Assembly: GCA_964503115.1 (NCBI GenBank)
Contig: CAZDAF010000001.1
Coordinates: forward strand, 1-44,122
DNA from: an uncultured bacterium
GTDB lineage: Bacteria; RBG-13-61-14; CAYWKU01
Direction of reading: 5' to 3'
DNA: 44,122 bases
Positions 43,824-44,122 of the stretch are shown in pieces (the first letter of the stretch is position 1; each line of letters starts with the position of its first letter). A program made the position numbers and the translations under genes. The notes under the pieces were generated by a model. The model ran no database searches. It had not been told where the DNA came from and worked only from the letters and a program-made list of their open reading frames with translations.

Positions 43824-44067
43824 AAAAGCACTAACTTAAGTGAAGAAATAGAAACGTTAAAAAGCATCAACGCTCGATTTTCAAACAAGAAGCGCCTGTA
43901 GGGAAATGAGTCGTGGGAAAACGGATACTTTGCGCGAACGGTCGGTGATCGCATGACTTGCCCTTTCGTCGCCTTTTATCCCGGGCATTACTCCTTAAAT
44001 TCCCTTTTTTAGTTGGAATTTGTGGTATTGTTTGCAGGTAGTGGCGGTGGAGTGGATATGTAAATTG

Positions 44068-44122
<55 letters not shown>

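Noticed and set aside
43881-43988. A 35-aa minus-strand ORF (MPGIKGDERASHAITDRSRKVSVFPRLISLQALLV) with GGAG just upstream, in the gap before tRNA-Phe.
   Set aside because: The RBS spacing is only 2-3 nt, the composition is unremarkable and I recognise no conserved motif. It is likely a chance ORF.

Overview
This is a densely coding bacterial window with about 40 genes on both strands. It probably comes from an uncultivated anaerobic diderm, judging by PilT, ferredoxin-dependent 2-oxoacid oxidoreductase, Hdr/Mvh-type modules, GH57-based glycogen genes and a corrinoid methyltransferase module. I saw no rRNA, CRISPR array, integrase or intact IS element.

Layout, left to right:
1. 1-700: a small unknown ORF, a partial membrane-protein start at the left edge, and a perfect 24-bp palindrome.
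2. 759-6598 (+): an NMO/FabK-like flavoenzyme, a Zn-alcohol dehydrogenase, a secreted type-B carboxylesterase, and a secreted GH105/GH88-like hydrolase with a long unknown C-terminal half.
3. 6656-8316 (-): an orphan pilT preceded by a stand-alone cNMP-binding protein.
4. 8595-9734 (+): a DAO-family FAD oxidoreductase.
5. 9769-19024 (-): two envelope-glycosylation blocks split by a + strand tRNA-Met. The first is an alpha/beta hydrolase plus a GT2. The second is a translationally coupled operon: a GT-C-like 841-aa membrane protein, a B12-radical-SAM::GT4 fusion, a GT4, and a secreted FGE/SUMF1-like protein.
6. 19191-22093 (+): an unknown 121-aa protein, PaaK-type aryl/acyl-CoA ligase, and a GNAT-like protein.
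7. 22305-30352 (+): one tightly coupled operon, korD-A-B-C, a giant HdrA/GltD hybrid (HdrL-like), MvhD, and an HdrC/HdrB fusion.
8. 30518-39188 (+): a small 4-Cys ORF, glgC, three tandem GH57 paralogues and a GalT-like gene. thiE and thiD are translationally coupled to it, followed by a YfcE-type phosphoesterase.
9. 41310-43823 (+): a URO-D-family methyltransferase, a corrinoid protein and a stand-alone MetH-type reactivation domain.
10. A partial tRNA-Phe at the right edge.

The most unusual candidates are the radical-SAM::glycosyltransferase fusion operon and the OFOR-HdrL-MvhD-HdrCB operon. All family assignments come from motif recognition by eye and need HMM or BLAST confirmation.
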